This document shows, one piece after another, positions 35,301-47,600 of a stretch of 61,424 nucleotides of DNA; position 1 is the stretch's first letter, and the number at the start of each line of letters is the position of its first letter. The stretch comes from Lenisia limosa (taxonomy: Eukaryota; Protista; Breviatea): contig LPNZ01003674.1 of NCBI GenBank assembly GCA_001655205.1, forward strand, positions 1 to 61,424, written 5' to 3'. Under the pieces are notes generated by a model, which had not been told where the DNA came from, searched no databases, and worked only from the letters and a program-made list of their open reading frames with translations. The translations under genes and the position numbers were made by a program.

Positions 35301-38300
35301 TCGAATTACCCAGCTTGCTCGCCAGGCCTCGTAATTTGTAGAGCTGGAGGGTAAATAGGCAAAAATATCCTTGAAAAGAGGAATACAAAAGGTTAATTTG
35401 ACCAAAGCCTTCCATCACGTTACTGCAGAATATCAAAATGAAAAGTCAAATGATATTGTTATCAAAAATATTCTTCCCACTTTTTACTGGCAATTGGCCC
35501 TGACGCTGCCATGTTAAACTGTGCCAAGTCACATGATGTCACTGAAATATTAAAACTCCCTCGGTAAAAGAGGAAGAAAGCAGCATACAAAAGGCTGATG
35601 ATCTTCCGTCAGCTGAGGGCTGAGACTTCCCATTCATAAGAATGGCACTGTGGCTTGCTGTTCGTTTGTAGTACTCCTAAATAATAAAGACGGGACGTAT
35701 GGCGAAAGGCTTACCGAGTGAATGTCCATTGCGTATGACCCAGACCCTTGGTCATAGGTCACCTGGGCTGTCAAAATGAAAAGGTTGTCGTTTCAAGACA
35801 AGCCCTTCTCACCTCATGACCTGCGTCATAAATGACCACTGAGAGTTTGTCGAAGTGGCCATGCCACCCTCCTTGCGGCCCGGCCTTGACATGCATGTAG
35901 GTCGTTTCTGTCAATGAGACTCAGCACAGTAGAGCAAAATTACCTTCGAAGTTTCCCGAAAGAGGTGGACCTCTGAGGATATACGTCCCCATCTCCTCCA
36001 AGAATGCTGATGAAATGGCCGTTTGCGCTAATGGATTAATGGATGAGTCCGAGCCTGACTTCTCTTTGATACCTCAAAGATCGAAGATTTTCGACAATTA
36101 CGATGATATTCGGGAACACAGTAGTATAGAAAGGGGCCATATTTGTAGGACATACAAGCATTGCGCTCACTCATCGCGTTTATTAAGATGTGATTTTTTA
36201 GAAGCCCGGCACTAGTTTTAGGGTCGTTTGAAAAAAAAATCCGTCCTACAAAATGCTTGTATGTCCTACAAAATATTTTTAAATATCATATATGGCCCCT
36301 TTCTATACTACTGAACACAATGTAGATAAGTCCTACCTTGCGGGACAGGATCCACAAAATAGCTGTAGTCTCCATACTGCTCTTTCTCGTGTTGCTGAAT
36401 GATGACTTAAGTTAAAAGATTCAGGCATACCTGTGTCAACATTGTGATACCAGCCTCGTAAAGAGAGCGGCGTTCGGGGTCTCTAATCAGGCCAAGTTGA
36501 ATCGCACCCTTTAACGTGAACAACTCACTCACCTGAACCCACCAAAAAACTGAGCAATCTTGTTGTGCCTGCATCATTGACACGAGGCATAGTCATCATG
36601 GGAGTTATTGGGACTACTGGAGTAAACCAAAGAGCTTTATCATAATACTTACCAAATGCAACAGCAAACATATCTGAAAATCGCTTTGAGCCCGATGAAT
36701 GCGTTTTCGGCACCTACAAGATAATCACTTCCAGATAATCAAGATGAAAATCGCACAATACTTGCTCACATACCTCAATTTCATAAAGGTTCGTTCCTGT
36801 GTTGTATAAGGCTTCAAACAGCGGCATGTATGCACTCAGAGTGAAAGTATGGTAGCCAAACGAGCCTTCGTACCACATTCCATCGTCAAGCATCGAGTTC
36901 TGGAGGTGATAAACAACGCCTGCAGTGATTACTGAGAGGGAATTAATTGCAAACCATTGGTAGGGTCGTCAATGACTGAAGTAACGGTGTCAGAATCCCC
37001 AATTGCAAGAGCTGTGGTATTATTCGATACTTCAAAAGATGACAAAACAAACCTCCCATTATCATTGCAGCATTGTGAAAAGCTTGCCAGTTGCTCTTGC
37101 CCCTAAAAAAACTAAGGACTACCACCATACCAAGACTCGGCTTTCAAGCCCACTTACGCTCTATGTGCGGAGAGAGTGCTATACATCGGACGAATAAGGT
37201 TATACTCAATGAAAGCCTCTTGCGAATCGGTCATGGTATGAAGCACCATATCGAAGATATTTGACAGTGACATGAAAAAACCTGACTCGTCCTAATAGTC
37301 GTAAGAAATATAATAAATGAATGGCAGAAATGAGAGTGATACCCCCCCCCCCCNNNNNNNNNNNNNNNNNNNNNNNNNNNNNNNNNNNNNNNNNNNNNNN
37401 NNNNNNNNNNNNNNNNNNNNNNNNNNNNNNNNNNNNNNNNNNNNNTAAGACTTGTCCTGCTTCTGGTGATTAGTGTATATCCGGCTGTAGTTTAACAGCA
37501 TTTCAACAGCCTAAAAGGTAAAAAGTGAAGAAAGACAGGCTTTAAAACCTGGTTGAACACTAGATCTTTGAGATCTTGATCAGTCGAAAGCCAAGCCGCA
37601 AGACACGCGTCATCCATATTGCCAACATTGCGCCGGTTGCGTGAGGCTCTCCAAGCCTCATGTAATTTTTCAGAACTATACCGTTGACCTAAACAGTAAA
37701 CACTAAAACGGTGCACAACTTACCATCTGTTTCACAAAAGTGGCTATAGGGTTGGTCGTACTCCCAGTTGAGGTATGTTCCATCAGGACTCACGAAGTAC
37801 ATTCCCCATTGGCCTGCGAATCATTGGGGAAAAGAACAGGATAGCACAAAGTGGAAATATAACTCACCCCAGCCTGGCCACCAGTCATATCGATACGTTG
37901 TGTTTATTGCAGATGCAACATCCAACATTTTGGAGTAAACAGTACCAGTTGTATCAGCTTGAGGAGTTAGATAAAAGACAAAAAGAGAGAAAGTAAGTCA
38001 AACACTCACGGTTATCAATAATACGCTGTCTGATAGTTTCAATTTCATTAATATCAAAACGAATTGAGGGTCTTGTACTGCAAACGTGAGTCAGTCAACT
38101 TGAAACAAGAAAAATAGAATCCACTCACGCAGGAGCACTCGATGCTACTGCTTTATTGATAACAAAATTCTGTGGACTGCTTGGTCCGTATCCTGGGGTG
38201 TAAGTGCACAGTACCACCAATGAGAGCATGTTTGTTGACAAAGAGCTAACCTAGAGTCTCAACCTCATAAACAATGGTCACTTTATCTGGTCCCGTGTAG

Positions 38301-41300
38301 CCTAAACAGGTTAAATTCAACTTGTTACTGGTAATACTGTGGGCATAATAAAACGAAATCATTGTCAAAAATTTGGCCTAGAAATAATTTCACAAAGCTC
38401 TATAAAAAATACTCATACCTTCTTGAATTGAGACATCAGCAATCAAATTGGCATATTCGCTCTCAGAATTAAAAGTTGGGGGTGCTAAACAGTTATATAT
38501 GGCAATAAGGTTTTGTGATTTTCCCCAAGAACCCACTAATATATACAAGCATCCCGGAAGGCGGCAGAGTTTTGAGGCTAATTGTGGTGGCACTGTCACC
38601 CAGAAGTGCGTATCTAGTCATATATTATTGAAAAAAAATAAACCTTCAATAATGGAAAACCAATCCATTCCTAACATAAAAACTTCTCAAAAAATTTATT
38701 TATTTATTGAGACATGAATGATATAATAACTGAGCCGATATTCCAATATTCTCACTTTTGAAACTCCATAATAGCTTGAAACTCCATTCCTTCAGGAACA
38801 AAAAGCTCTCTCGTCTGTTGTGTGAGGTATAAATTCTAACTGAAAACACAAGCCTGATACTCACATTAAAATCTCTGAAGGTAACACCAGCAGGCTGGAC
38901 ACCCAAGATAACATCGTCAATACAGACAGTTCCTGATATCAGGGTTAAGGGATCTGATAACAAGCTGGGTTGGGGAAGACACCTTACCATTCCATGATGA
39001 AGCTGAAGTTGAGACAGAAATTACAGCACTATCTTCGACATTGAAACTGCCTCCAAAGGCTGTGAATGACAAAATAGGCAGGCTAAGAGAATATTAAAAG
39101 CTAAAACGGGAAGGCGGTGAGCGAATTTGATTTATAAAAGACATCTGCAACAGTATATAAAGGCCATTGGAAGTAGGTTCACAGATAAAGAGCTTCAACG
39201 CACAAATGTGAGGTGAAGGAGTCAGACTGAACAAGGGCGATTGTACTCGAGTGACCCGAAGCTACAACGTTTAAAAACATTTTACTTGTAGATCTTACTT
39301 TGGGCAGCATTGCTGAGAGATACTGTTAGAGTAGCGTCAGATGGCGTATTCTATACTATCATATGCGAAACTTAAATATCATAATATGAATGTACACGCT
39401 CAAACCTGGGGAAGCAGAGCAAGGAAGACGCCGGCAGTTTCAATTGTTAAGAGTCCTTCAATGTCGGATGAGATTATCGCAGTTGTGTCACTGGCCAAAC
39501 ACGATGAATAAGCCCCAGTGAAGGACTGGATATACCTGGAAGAGTGAAGTGGTTCAGTGTTTAAGATATGGTCCTTTGAGGGGCATAAGAATGCAAAAAA
39601 AGAACATGAATAGGGAAGTAACACAAACCTTGAGAAAGCAGAAGGAACTACTCTTTCACTGTCTAAAAATGAATTAAACAAAATATCAAGACAGAGGGGG
39701 AAACGATGTATAGCATACCCAAAAGATTTATCGAGGCTAACGAAGAAAACTCCCTGAACTTGATATTGGTCAAATGTACCGCTAAATCAAAGTTAAATCG
39801 CCAGCAAGCAGAAAAAACAATATTTAGAAAACTCATAAACCAACTAGTGATAGTCGAAACACTAAAAACAACAGAGGAGCAGTTCGAAGTTAAATCCATT
39901 CTGAAAACATGAACACTCTTTAAAAACTTAAGGGAAGCAAGTAAATTGATTAACCACCAAATAACTCACAGGAAAGTTTTCCACTGGGCTTCAAGGGAAA
40001 AGGTTTGACTGACCATGCAGCCAGCCACAGTGAGAGAAGTTAATCCTAATGATTAGAGTTTATAAAATTGGAAACAAAACATTGACATATCATATCATAT
40101 CATTCTACTATGATATGTCAACGTTCTCAAGAGTAAAACGATAATGGATGCATGAAATGCAATTTGAGGGCCAATGTCAACGTTCTCAAGAGCAAAACGA
40201 TAATGGTATGCATGAAATGCAATTTAAATCATGAGTCCACTCACTTTGCACTTTCGTTTTCTCCAATCACAATATATAATATAGCGATGATATATTGTTA
40301 TAATAGCGTAAGTATACACATACACTTACCACGATAAGTCCTGACATGGATAGAGAACTATCTTGAGACAATCGTGTCAGGACTTATTGCGATCAGTAGT
40401 GTATACTATGGTACTATCACCTATTATACACACATCAGATTATCTTAAAACAACTTAAACACACCTTTCGCTGAAAACGACAAAACCGAGTCTGTCGATG
40501 CCGTTACTACCTTGAGGGCCAATGTCAACGTTCTCAAGAGTAAAACGATAATGGTATGCATGAAATGCAATTTAAATCATGAGTCCACTCACTTTGCACT
40601 TTCGTTTTCTCCAATCACAACACTACCAAATGATTCAGTACTGACCTACCTTGGTAAGAGAGCAGATACTAAACACAATGTAAAGAGAAAATAGCGTTGG
40701 CACAATTATTTAACATCCCAACTCTGAAATTGCCCGATAAGGCTGCTGAAAAGGAGGAATCAACAAGGGCTGGTGCAAATACAGGTCCAGGGGTTCCACT
40801 ACAAATTTGGAATCCTGAGACTTTATAGTAATCATCTAGGAAGTTAAATGCTATTCAGGTGAATTTATATCCTACCAGGGTTAACAACATTGGACCATCC
40901 AGAGGCTCTGAAAACAATGTTGTCCACTTTTGAAAAATGGGGCTAGATTGTGTAATCAGTTGGAATGCATTACAAAAAGCGAAAAAAACATACCTCAACC
41001 GGAGATCGAGTCACTCTCATGTCGGACAGTCTTGTAGAGTCAAAAGAGGTGAACAAATTTGCTACATACCGGATAGACCAGAATTTCCACCCAGAGTAGT
41101 CTGTCTCAAGAACTTGCGAAAAATAACTGAAACTTCCATCAGGAGGCTTGCTGCCCATATACAGGAGAAGCTGTGATCCTAAATATTATTGAGTCTTCCC
41201 TGAAAACCATTTTCCGTATTGTCTTCAACCAATTTAACTCATCGGGATTATATTTCAGGATTAAATGGTACTATACATCAAATGCAGTGGTTTTACGTTC

Positions 41301-41837
41301 TGGACATAAGGTTACCAAAATAAAATAAAAATCATAAAAACCTTAAAGATCTGAGCTTCTTTTGTAAGGAAAATAAAAACTCAATAAAAGTTTTTAAAAA
41401 ACTAATTGATAGAACCCGCCCCATAATCTTGTAAAAAACAAAAGTCAAATGCTACTTTTTAAAGAGACTACCGCTTCCTTCTGTTGACGATGAATGAATC
41501 CAAAAAGATACGAAAGAAAACTGCGACCAATCATTCGGAATATGATCACTGTCAGGGTAGAGTGATGTTCTAAAGAGTAAGTTGAATCTCAAAGAGTGTT
41601 TACTCTTTGTGCGGGTTCCAGAGAACAGTTGAATTGGACATCATAGCATCTGTGCTGACTCCATCCGAACCAATCCACTCTGAAGGATGTCATTAATCAT
41701 AGTAAGAACTCTCCAAATTTAAACCACATACCCAGCGATTCTGAATGCCCAATATCAAAACAAAGCGACACATCGCTTGCACTACTGATTGTTGCAGAAA
41801 ATAGTGCAAAAAGAGCAAGACACAACAAAATCGCCAT
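32387..41837 (-). CDS. Large type-I membrane protein: signal peptide, CBM-like domain, alginate-lyase plus heparinase II/III module, second CBM-like domain, TM helix, short tail; may be two adjacent genes
   Basis: Signal peptide MAILLCLALFALFSATISSA. Lyase motifs: TRPSIRFDINEIETIRQRI, GQWGMYFVSPDG..HFCETDG, SNWQAFHNAAM, DDGMWYEGSFGYH, GGWHGHFDKLSVVIYDAG, YYKRTASHSAILMNGKSQ. TM LIVVAVVAIAFVGGAAMVFI followed by SRKK. Continuity across about 38100-40700 was not fully traced. Confidence 0.8.
36119..36313. mobile_element. MITE-like element (195 bp) inside an intron of the lyase gene
   Basis: Perfect 24-bp terminal inverted repeats (CAGTAGTATAGAAAGGGGCCATAT at 36119-36142 and 36290-36313), a second perfect 20-bp inverted pair (36143-36162 / 36252-36271), and AACA directly on both flanks. 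Confidence 0.8.
40115..40620. repeat. Local duplication: 109-bp segment at 40164-40272 and 40512-40620, plus a partial third copy at 40115-40165
   Basis: Near-identical copies (1 mismatch) containing a splice donor, a short intron and an acceptor of the minus-strand gene. Confidence 0.9.
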
Positions 41838-41903
41838 TTGTTCTTTCCCAGCCTAAGAGATGAAGGTGATGTGCTAGTGTTAAGAGAGTTCAAGCCAGAT
41901 TCA

Positions 41904-42254
41904 AGGGGGTCAAGCTCTCAGGGAAACATACTCCCCCATCCTCCTCCTCTATTTTTTTTTAGCTCCTCCCCTTCCCCATTTCAACTCCCATTTACCCAAC
42001 TTGACAATAAGGCAAAGCGGCTGCAAGGGTTTGTAAAAAAATAATTTTTGTTAAATTTTACAAAAAACAAAATAATTTAATCACTCATTTATATTATTAA
42101 ATGGAGATACCCATACATTCAGAAGTACATGAATAAAACAGAAATAATCCAAAGAGCTTGTAGAAACCTGGGAAAACGTCCCACACCCAAATCCCTCCAC
42201 CTCCCCACATCCCTCCTCCCCCATGAGTGGGTTTTCCTGGGAGCTTGACCCCCT
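41904..42254. mobile_element. MITE-like element (about 350 bp) in the divergent promoter between the lyase and cathepsin B genes
   Basis: 30-bp terminal inverted repeats, 26/30 identical (41904-41933 / 42225-42254), flanked by near-identical direct repeats (A)GCCAGATTCA / (G)GCCAGACTCA. Confidence 0.72.
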
Positions 42255-42488
42255 GGCCAGACTCAATGATTCATAGCACAATGAACAATGAACATATTCT
42301 TGTTCAAGCACCACCATATCCTCCCCCACCTTCTTTTCTTTTTTGGTGCTGCAAGCAATGCTGCTGTGCTGCTGCAATGACAATGATTGAATGATGATAA
42401 AAAAAATTTAGATCCAGTTAATAAGATCGCGGCCGGAACACGTTTTGAAATTTTTTGGGATCCTTTTCCCACAATTAAAACAGCCAAG

Positions 42489-44016
42489 ATGTTTCGTGTT
42501 TTGCTGCTGTTGATCACATGTGCTTGTGCTTTTGCACTTGACTTTTCTAAAATTGCTGAGGAAGTTAATTCTATGGTAGGTAGCCAACAGAGAGATATGC
42601 TTTACATTTCAGGAGACCAGTTGGACTGCAACTACACCATCCTTTAAGTCTGTTGATGAAGTTGGTGAAAATATCTTTTTTCTTTCCTCATGATTTAGGT
42701 GACTGTTTTACTTGGAAAACTCAAGGAAGAACCTGAACTTTTGGTTAGTTACTTATTTTGATGTTTGTTTTATTCAATAGGAGTTCCGTGCTCCCTATTT
42801 TGAACATGAAATAACTGAGGACCTCCCTGAAAGCTTCCACCCTTCTGAGAAGTGGCCTATGTGGGTATTTTTGTTTTTGGGTGGTATTTGCTCTTTTTTT
42901 TTTTTCAGCCTTTCTATCAGATTTCTTCTGATTTGATCATATATTAGGTGTGACTTTGAGCACGTTCGGGATCAATCAACCTGTGGTTCATGCTGGTATG
43001 CTTTATTATTAGATAATACAATTGAGTTTCTCTTCTTTCCCATTTAATTTTCCAACAATTAATTTACCTTAGGGCATTTGGAATGGTAGAAGCATTTACT
43101 GATCGTATTTGTATTGCCACCCAAGGCAAGATGACTCCATACATTTCCGCAAACAATCTTCTTGACTGCTGTTCATCTTGTGGTGATGGGTAGGCAATTT
43201 GGTTTCAATCAGTTATATTCTTTTCATATGAGATAGATCTACATATCAATAATATATGTGTATGTATCCATATGCCCTTATGATATAGCAATGAATATGG
43301 GGTGGGTTGCAATTTCAGTTTTTCACCTGGATAGTTGCCAAGGTGGTTGGCCTTCAGTTGCCTGGAATTATGCCCGCACTACCGGTATTGTTACTGGTGG
43401 TGACTTCGGTACCAAGAAAGGCTGTCAGACATATCCCTTTGCCCCTTGTGCCCATCATGTTGTTTCTGAGAAGTATGAGCCCTGTGGACCAATTCAACCC
43501 ACTCCCCGTTGCCAACATCATTGTGAAGTTTGCCAGATTGATATTTTATTCATGTTTAGGATTCATCACAAGATTACTCTTCTGATAAATGGTACGTTTC
43601 CAGCGCCAACTCTTTCCGTGGTGAAAAGAATATGATGGCTGAAATCTACCATAATGGACCCATGGAGATTGCCATTGAAGTTTACGGAGATGTAAGGAAT
43701 GTTTCTCTTTTTATTACTCTTTAGTTCCCCACTTATCATTCTGGTGTTTACAGACATGTTTCGGGAAGCTATTTAGGTGGTCACGCAGTCAAGCTTGTTG
43801 GATGGGGAGTTGAAGATGATGGCACTAAGTACTGGCTTGTTGCTAACAGTAAGAATCATCTTCCTCCTCACAATTAGGCTGGAATGAAACTTGGGGTGAC
43901 AATGGATTCATTAAAATTCTCCGTGGTGTTGACGAGGTTTGAGTGATGGAATAAATGTTATTATTCTTTAGGTTGGTATCGAGTCTGAAGGCTCTGCCGG
44001 AGTTCCCAAACTCTAA
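42489..44016 (+). CDS. CTSB: Cathepsin B (papain family C1A) with signal peptide, multi-exon
   Basis: [36 protein letters not shown], occluding-loop [31 protein letters not shown]. Confidence 0.97.
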
Positions 44017-44469
44017 TTCATCTGTTCCCTTCTTCAAATGGAATGGATTTTTTTTTTTTTTCCAAAATTAAAGGGAAGAAGACCTTATTTTGGTTTCTTA
44101 TTTCACCTGTACTACCCTTTGCGCGGGTTGCGCGGAGGTTGCGCCGCCTTAGTGCAGAAACAGAGGGCTGGTTCAATATGTTGTAAACTTATTAGCTATG
44201 AGTGTTATATCCTTATTAGTTATATATATTTGATACTTGATATATTTACCATATCTAAGTTTTTATTTGGTATGTGTGAATATAAACAATAATACTCCCT
44301 ACTCCCCTACTCCTGACTCCCTCACTCTTCTTCTTGACGACTTGGAGTTAGAACTGAATGGGACCGCCTTGGAATGGGATTGGGGTTGCACTAGGCGTGT
44401 GGGCCAGCTGCTGCCTAAGAAGCTGAGGCTGAGGGCAAGCGCAAATCTTGCTCAAATCTTGTCGCCCTA

Positions 44470-44520
44470 CTTGATGCCTGCTTGACGCCTGCTTGACGCC
44501 AAAAAGGGGCGTTTATAAAA
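44470..44520 (+). promoter_or_regulatory. Candidate promoter: three 11-bp repeats (CTTGA(C/T)GCCTG) followed by TATAAAA about 95 bp upstream of the ATG
   Basis: Repeats at 44470-44500 and TATAAAA at 44514-44520. Function is inferred from position only. Confidence 0.35.
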
Positions 44521-44614
44521 ACCTGGATGGAAAGTTCAGTTCATTTTTGAACTGAACTTTTTCCAATCTCTTTTAAGCTTTTTTTTTGATTTTTTTTTTC
44601 ATATATAACAGAAG

Positions 44615-47600
44615 ATGAAGTTTCTGTTTTTGTTTGCCTTATTGGCAGCAGTATTTGCTGCTCCTGATCTCACCTGGAAATTTGATGCTGTTACCAGCCT
44701 TCCCCATCTCTACAAGGATGACCTTAGCGTCGCCGCCTTGACCCAAGCTACTGTCGATACCATTTTCACTGCCGGTACCAAGCCCGGTGTTGCTCTCGGT
44801 AAGGTCTAATTTTTTTTTTTTTTCTTGACTAATTTGTTTAGGACTCAGCACTTATGACTCCGTTTCCCGCATTCATTACTCTGTTCTTGTTGACGGCTCT
44901 ACTCAAGCTCTTGTCAAGGCCACTCTCGCCGAGACCAGCTACACTCCCACCTTTGAACTTATCAACTTCTCCACTATTGGCCGTACTGGTGCTCTCTCCG
45001 TGAAGCTCTCTTCAGTCCAGCTCTCTTCTATGATTGCTTCTCAAGATGGACGTCTCTTTGGTGTTGGTGCTCTTGATGGAAAATTTGTTGCTGTTGAAAT
45101 CGATAGTGCCACTTTTACTGTTCTCCATGAGTACACTGGCTACGACTACATCAGCCTTGGTGTTCTTGCCTGGGATGAGGTCTCCAAGAACCTCTACACC
45201 GTTATGACCGACTCTGTCTCAACTTCTCACCTCGTCAGTATCAATGTTGAAACCCCTGTTCAAGACTCTCATTCATTTGCCGCCAATGACGTTGTTACCA
45301 ACCTCTACTGCTACCACAAGCTTGATGCTAGTGCTGTTGCCTCTTCTGAGCTCTACGTTTCTTACCTCGATAAGGCTGCTGCCAAACACACTGTTGCCAA
45401 GATTGCTTTCCCTCTGACCAGCGATATCACTTTCACTGGTAAACAACAACTCACTCATGACTCACTTGTTCTCTTTGTTGGTACTCTCAACAGTGAGGCC
45501 GCCGCCATCCACCTCTTCACCGAGAACACTGGTATTTTCGAGAATGTCTACAACCTTGTGACTCCTGCCGCCATTACCCCTGTTGATGTCAACACTGCGA
45601 TGTCTTCCGTCTTCAATTTCTTCATGTCCATTGCTGGTACGTGGTATTTTTTGAGAGCTATTTTTTTATTATTATTATCTTATACTTTTTTCTAATTCAC
45701 GCAGAGAAGCAGATCTGTACTCCTGTCGCCGTGGCTAACACTGCTAACGTTGAGGCCACCCCCGTCTTTGGCCCCGCTGGTACTTACATTCCTGGCTCTC
45801 AAGTTGAGTTCACTGCCTCTCCTGGTTACCATCTCTGCGAAGGTGTTACTCCTCTCACTGAATTCACTGAGAATTGCCAGTACGATCGCACCTTCCTTGA
45901 GAACAACCCTACCAGAACTGTTGAAGGTTTGCCTGGTTTTATTAATATTATTGAATTCTTAAATATTGAATAGAGCAGCATCTTCTTTTTTTTCTCTAAT
46001 GTTCTTCAGAAAACCCAGTCATCACCACCGATGCTACTCCTTTCTCCTACGTTATTACTCCCTTGTCTTTTGGTGATGTTGTCTCTGTCACCGATTTCGA
46101 TACCCATCTCGATGGTGCCACCAGCAAGATTAATGTCACTGCAACCACCCAAGCTGGCTACGTTCTTTCTTACGCCTGGACTGTCAAGGACGTTGATGGA
46201 ACTAATCTTTCTGTTTTGAACGCCAACACCGACACCGCTACTTGTGACGATGCCAAGTACAAGGATGCTAACAACGTCTGGAGTGTTGTTATTACTTCTA
46301 CCTCTCCCTGTGGTAACACTAAATCCAAGACCGTTACTTTCGTGGTTTCTGGTTGCACCACTGCTAGCAAGTGCAAGACTTGTGACACTGGAAATCTTGA
46401 CGTTTGTACTTCATGCGTTACTGGTCGTTACATTAAGGGTGACGGAACCTGCGGTCTTTGCTCTGACGATTTCCCCAACTGCGCTGAGTGCTCTCTCGCT
46501 GATTCTTGCACTAAGTGTGCTGATACCTTTGTTCAAATGACCGAGGGTGCCACTACTTCTCTCACTTGTGCTGCCCCCTCCGCCTGTGTTGCCACCGGCG
46601 GCAAGTGGCTTGAGAACCCCACCGACCTCTTCTGTAGTGACTTCACCTGCGCTGCCTCATGCGCCACCAACAAGTGTGCCAACGATGCCATCCCCACTTC
46701 CTCTTACTACACTGGAGACGAGTTCGATAGCGACGTCACTGTTGCTGACAAGTGCCATGAATGTGCTGCCAACTACGTTACTGAGGACTTCGGTGGTGCT
46801 GTCAAATGTGTTGACACTTGCCAAGTTGGTAACTGGAAGAACACCGTTGGCGGAATTTGCCAAAGTATGGGGGCGGGGCTCTTTTTAACGTTGTGATCTT
46901 GTTTCTTCCATATTTTTATTTTATCTTTTAATTGTTATGACTTTGTTAGCTTGCATGACTGGATGCGATAAGTGTACTGCTGACGGCCTTAACACCGAGT
47001 GCGACATTTGCGCTGTCGGTGAGACAAACCGCTTCGCTCGTACCGACGCCGGCGTCTGTACCGCCATTGTCAAGGACTCTGCTGACGCCTACATCTACTC
47101 CGACTCCACTGACGTCAACGACTTCTGCAACAACGGAATTGCCACCAAGGGTTCTTTCATCGAAATGAAGGGCGCCGATACCGAGTACACTTGCAAAAGT
47201 GGGGGGGGGAGGCTCATTTTTATGATCATTCTGACTTTTATTATGTCTTTAGCAAATTCTTGTCTTACCATTTCCAGCCTGTGTTGAAGACCAATGCCTT
47301 CTTTGCAGTGGTACCGGTTGCAGCGAGTGCTATGGCGAGTCTACCCTTAAGACTGAGGCTGCCAAGGCTACCATTCCTTCCACCTACGACCAGGAGACCC
47401 TCTCCAGCTACTACATTCTCGAGATCAACACCTGCGTCCAGAAGTGCCTTCCTTTCATCAAGATGTTCCCCTCTGAGCAGTCTATCCACCTCAAGTTCAA
47501 CGGCGCCGCTGAGGGCAAGGACCTCACTGAGCTCACTGACGGTGACGAGTACCATGTCCTTATGGATGACACCAAGACTGTTTCCGTGACCTGTGCTGAC

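Noticed and set aside
39660-41160. Leucine-rich-repeat-like reading of the lyase gene 5' exons (e.g. LRQTTLGGNSGLSG)
   Set aside because: An alternative frame gives a coherent CBM-like motif series that is mirrored in the C-terminal copy, so the LRR look is a frame artefact.
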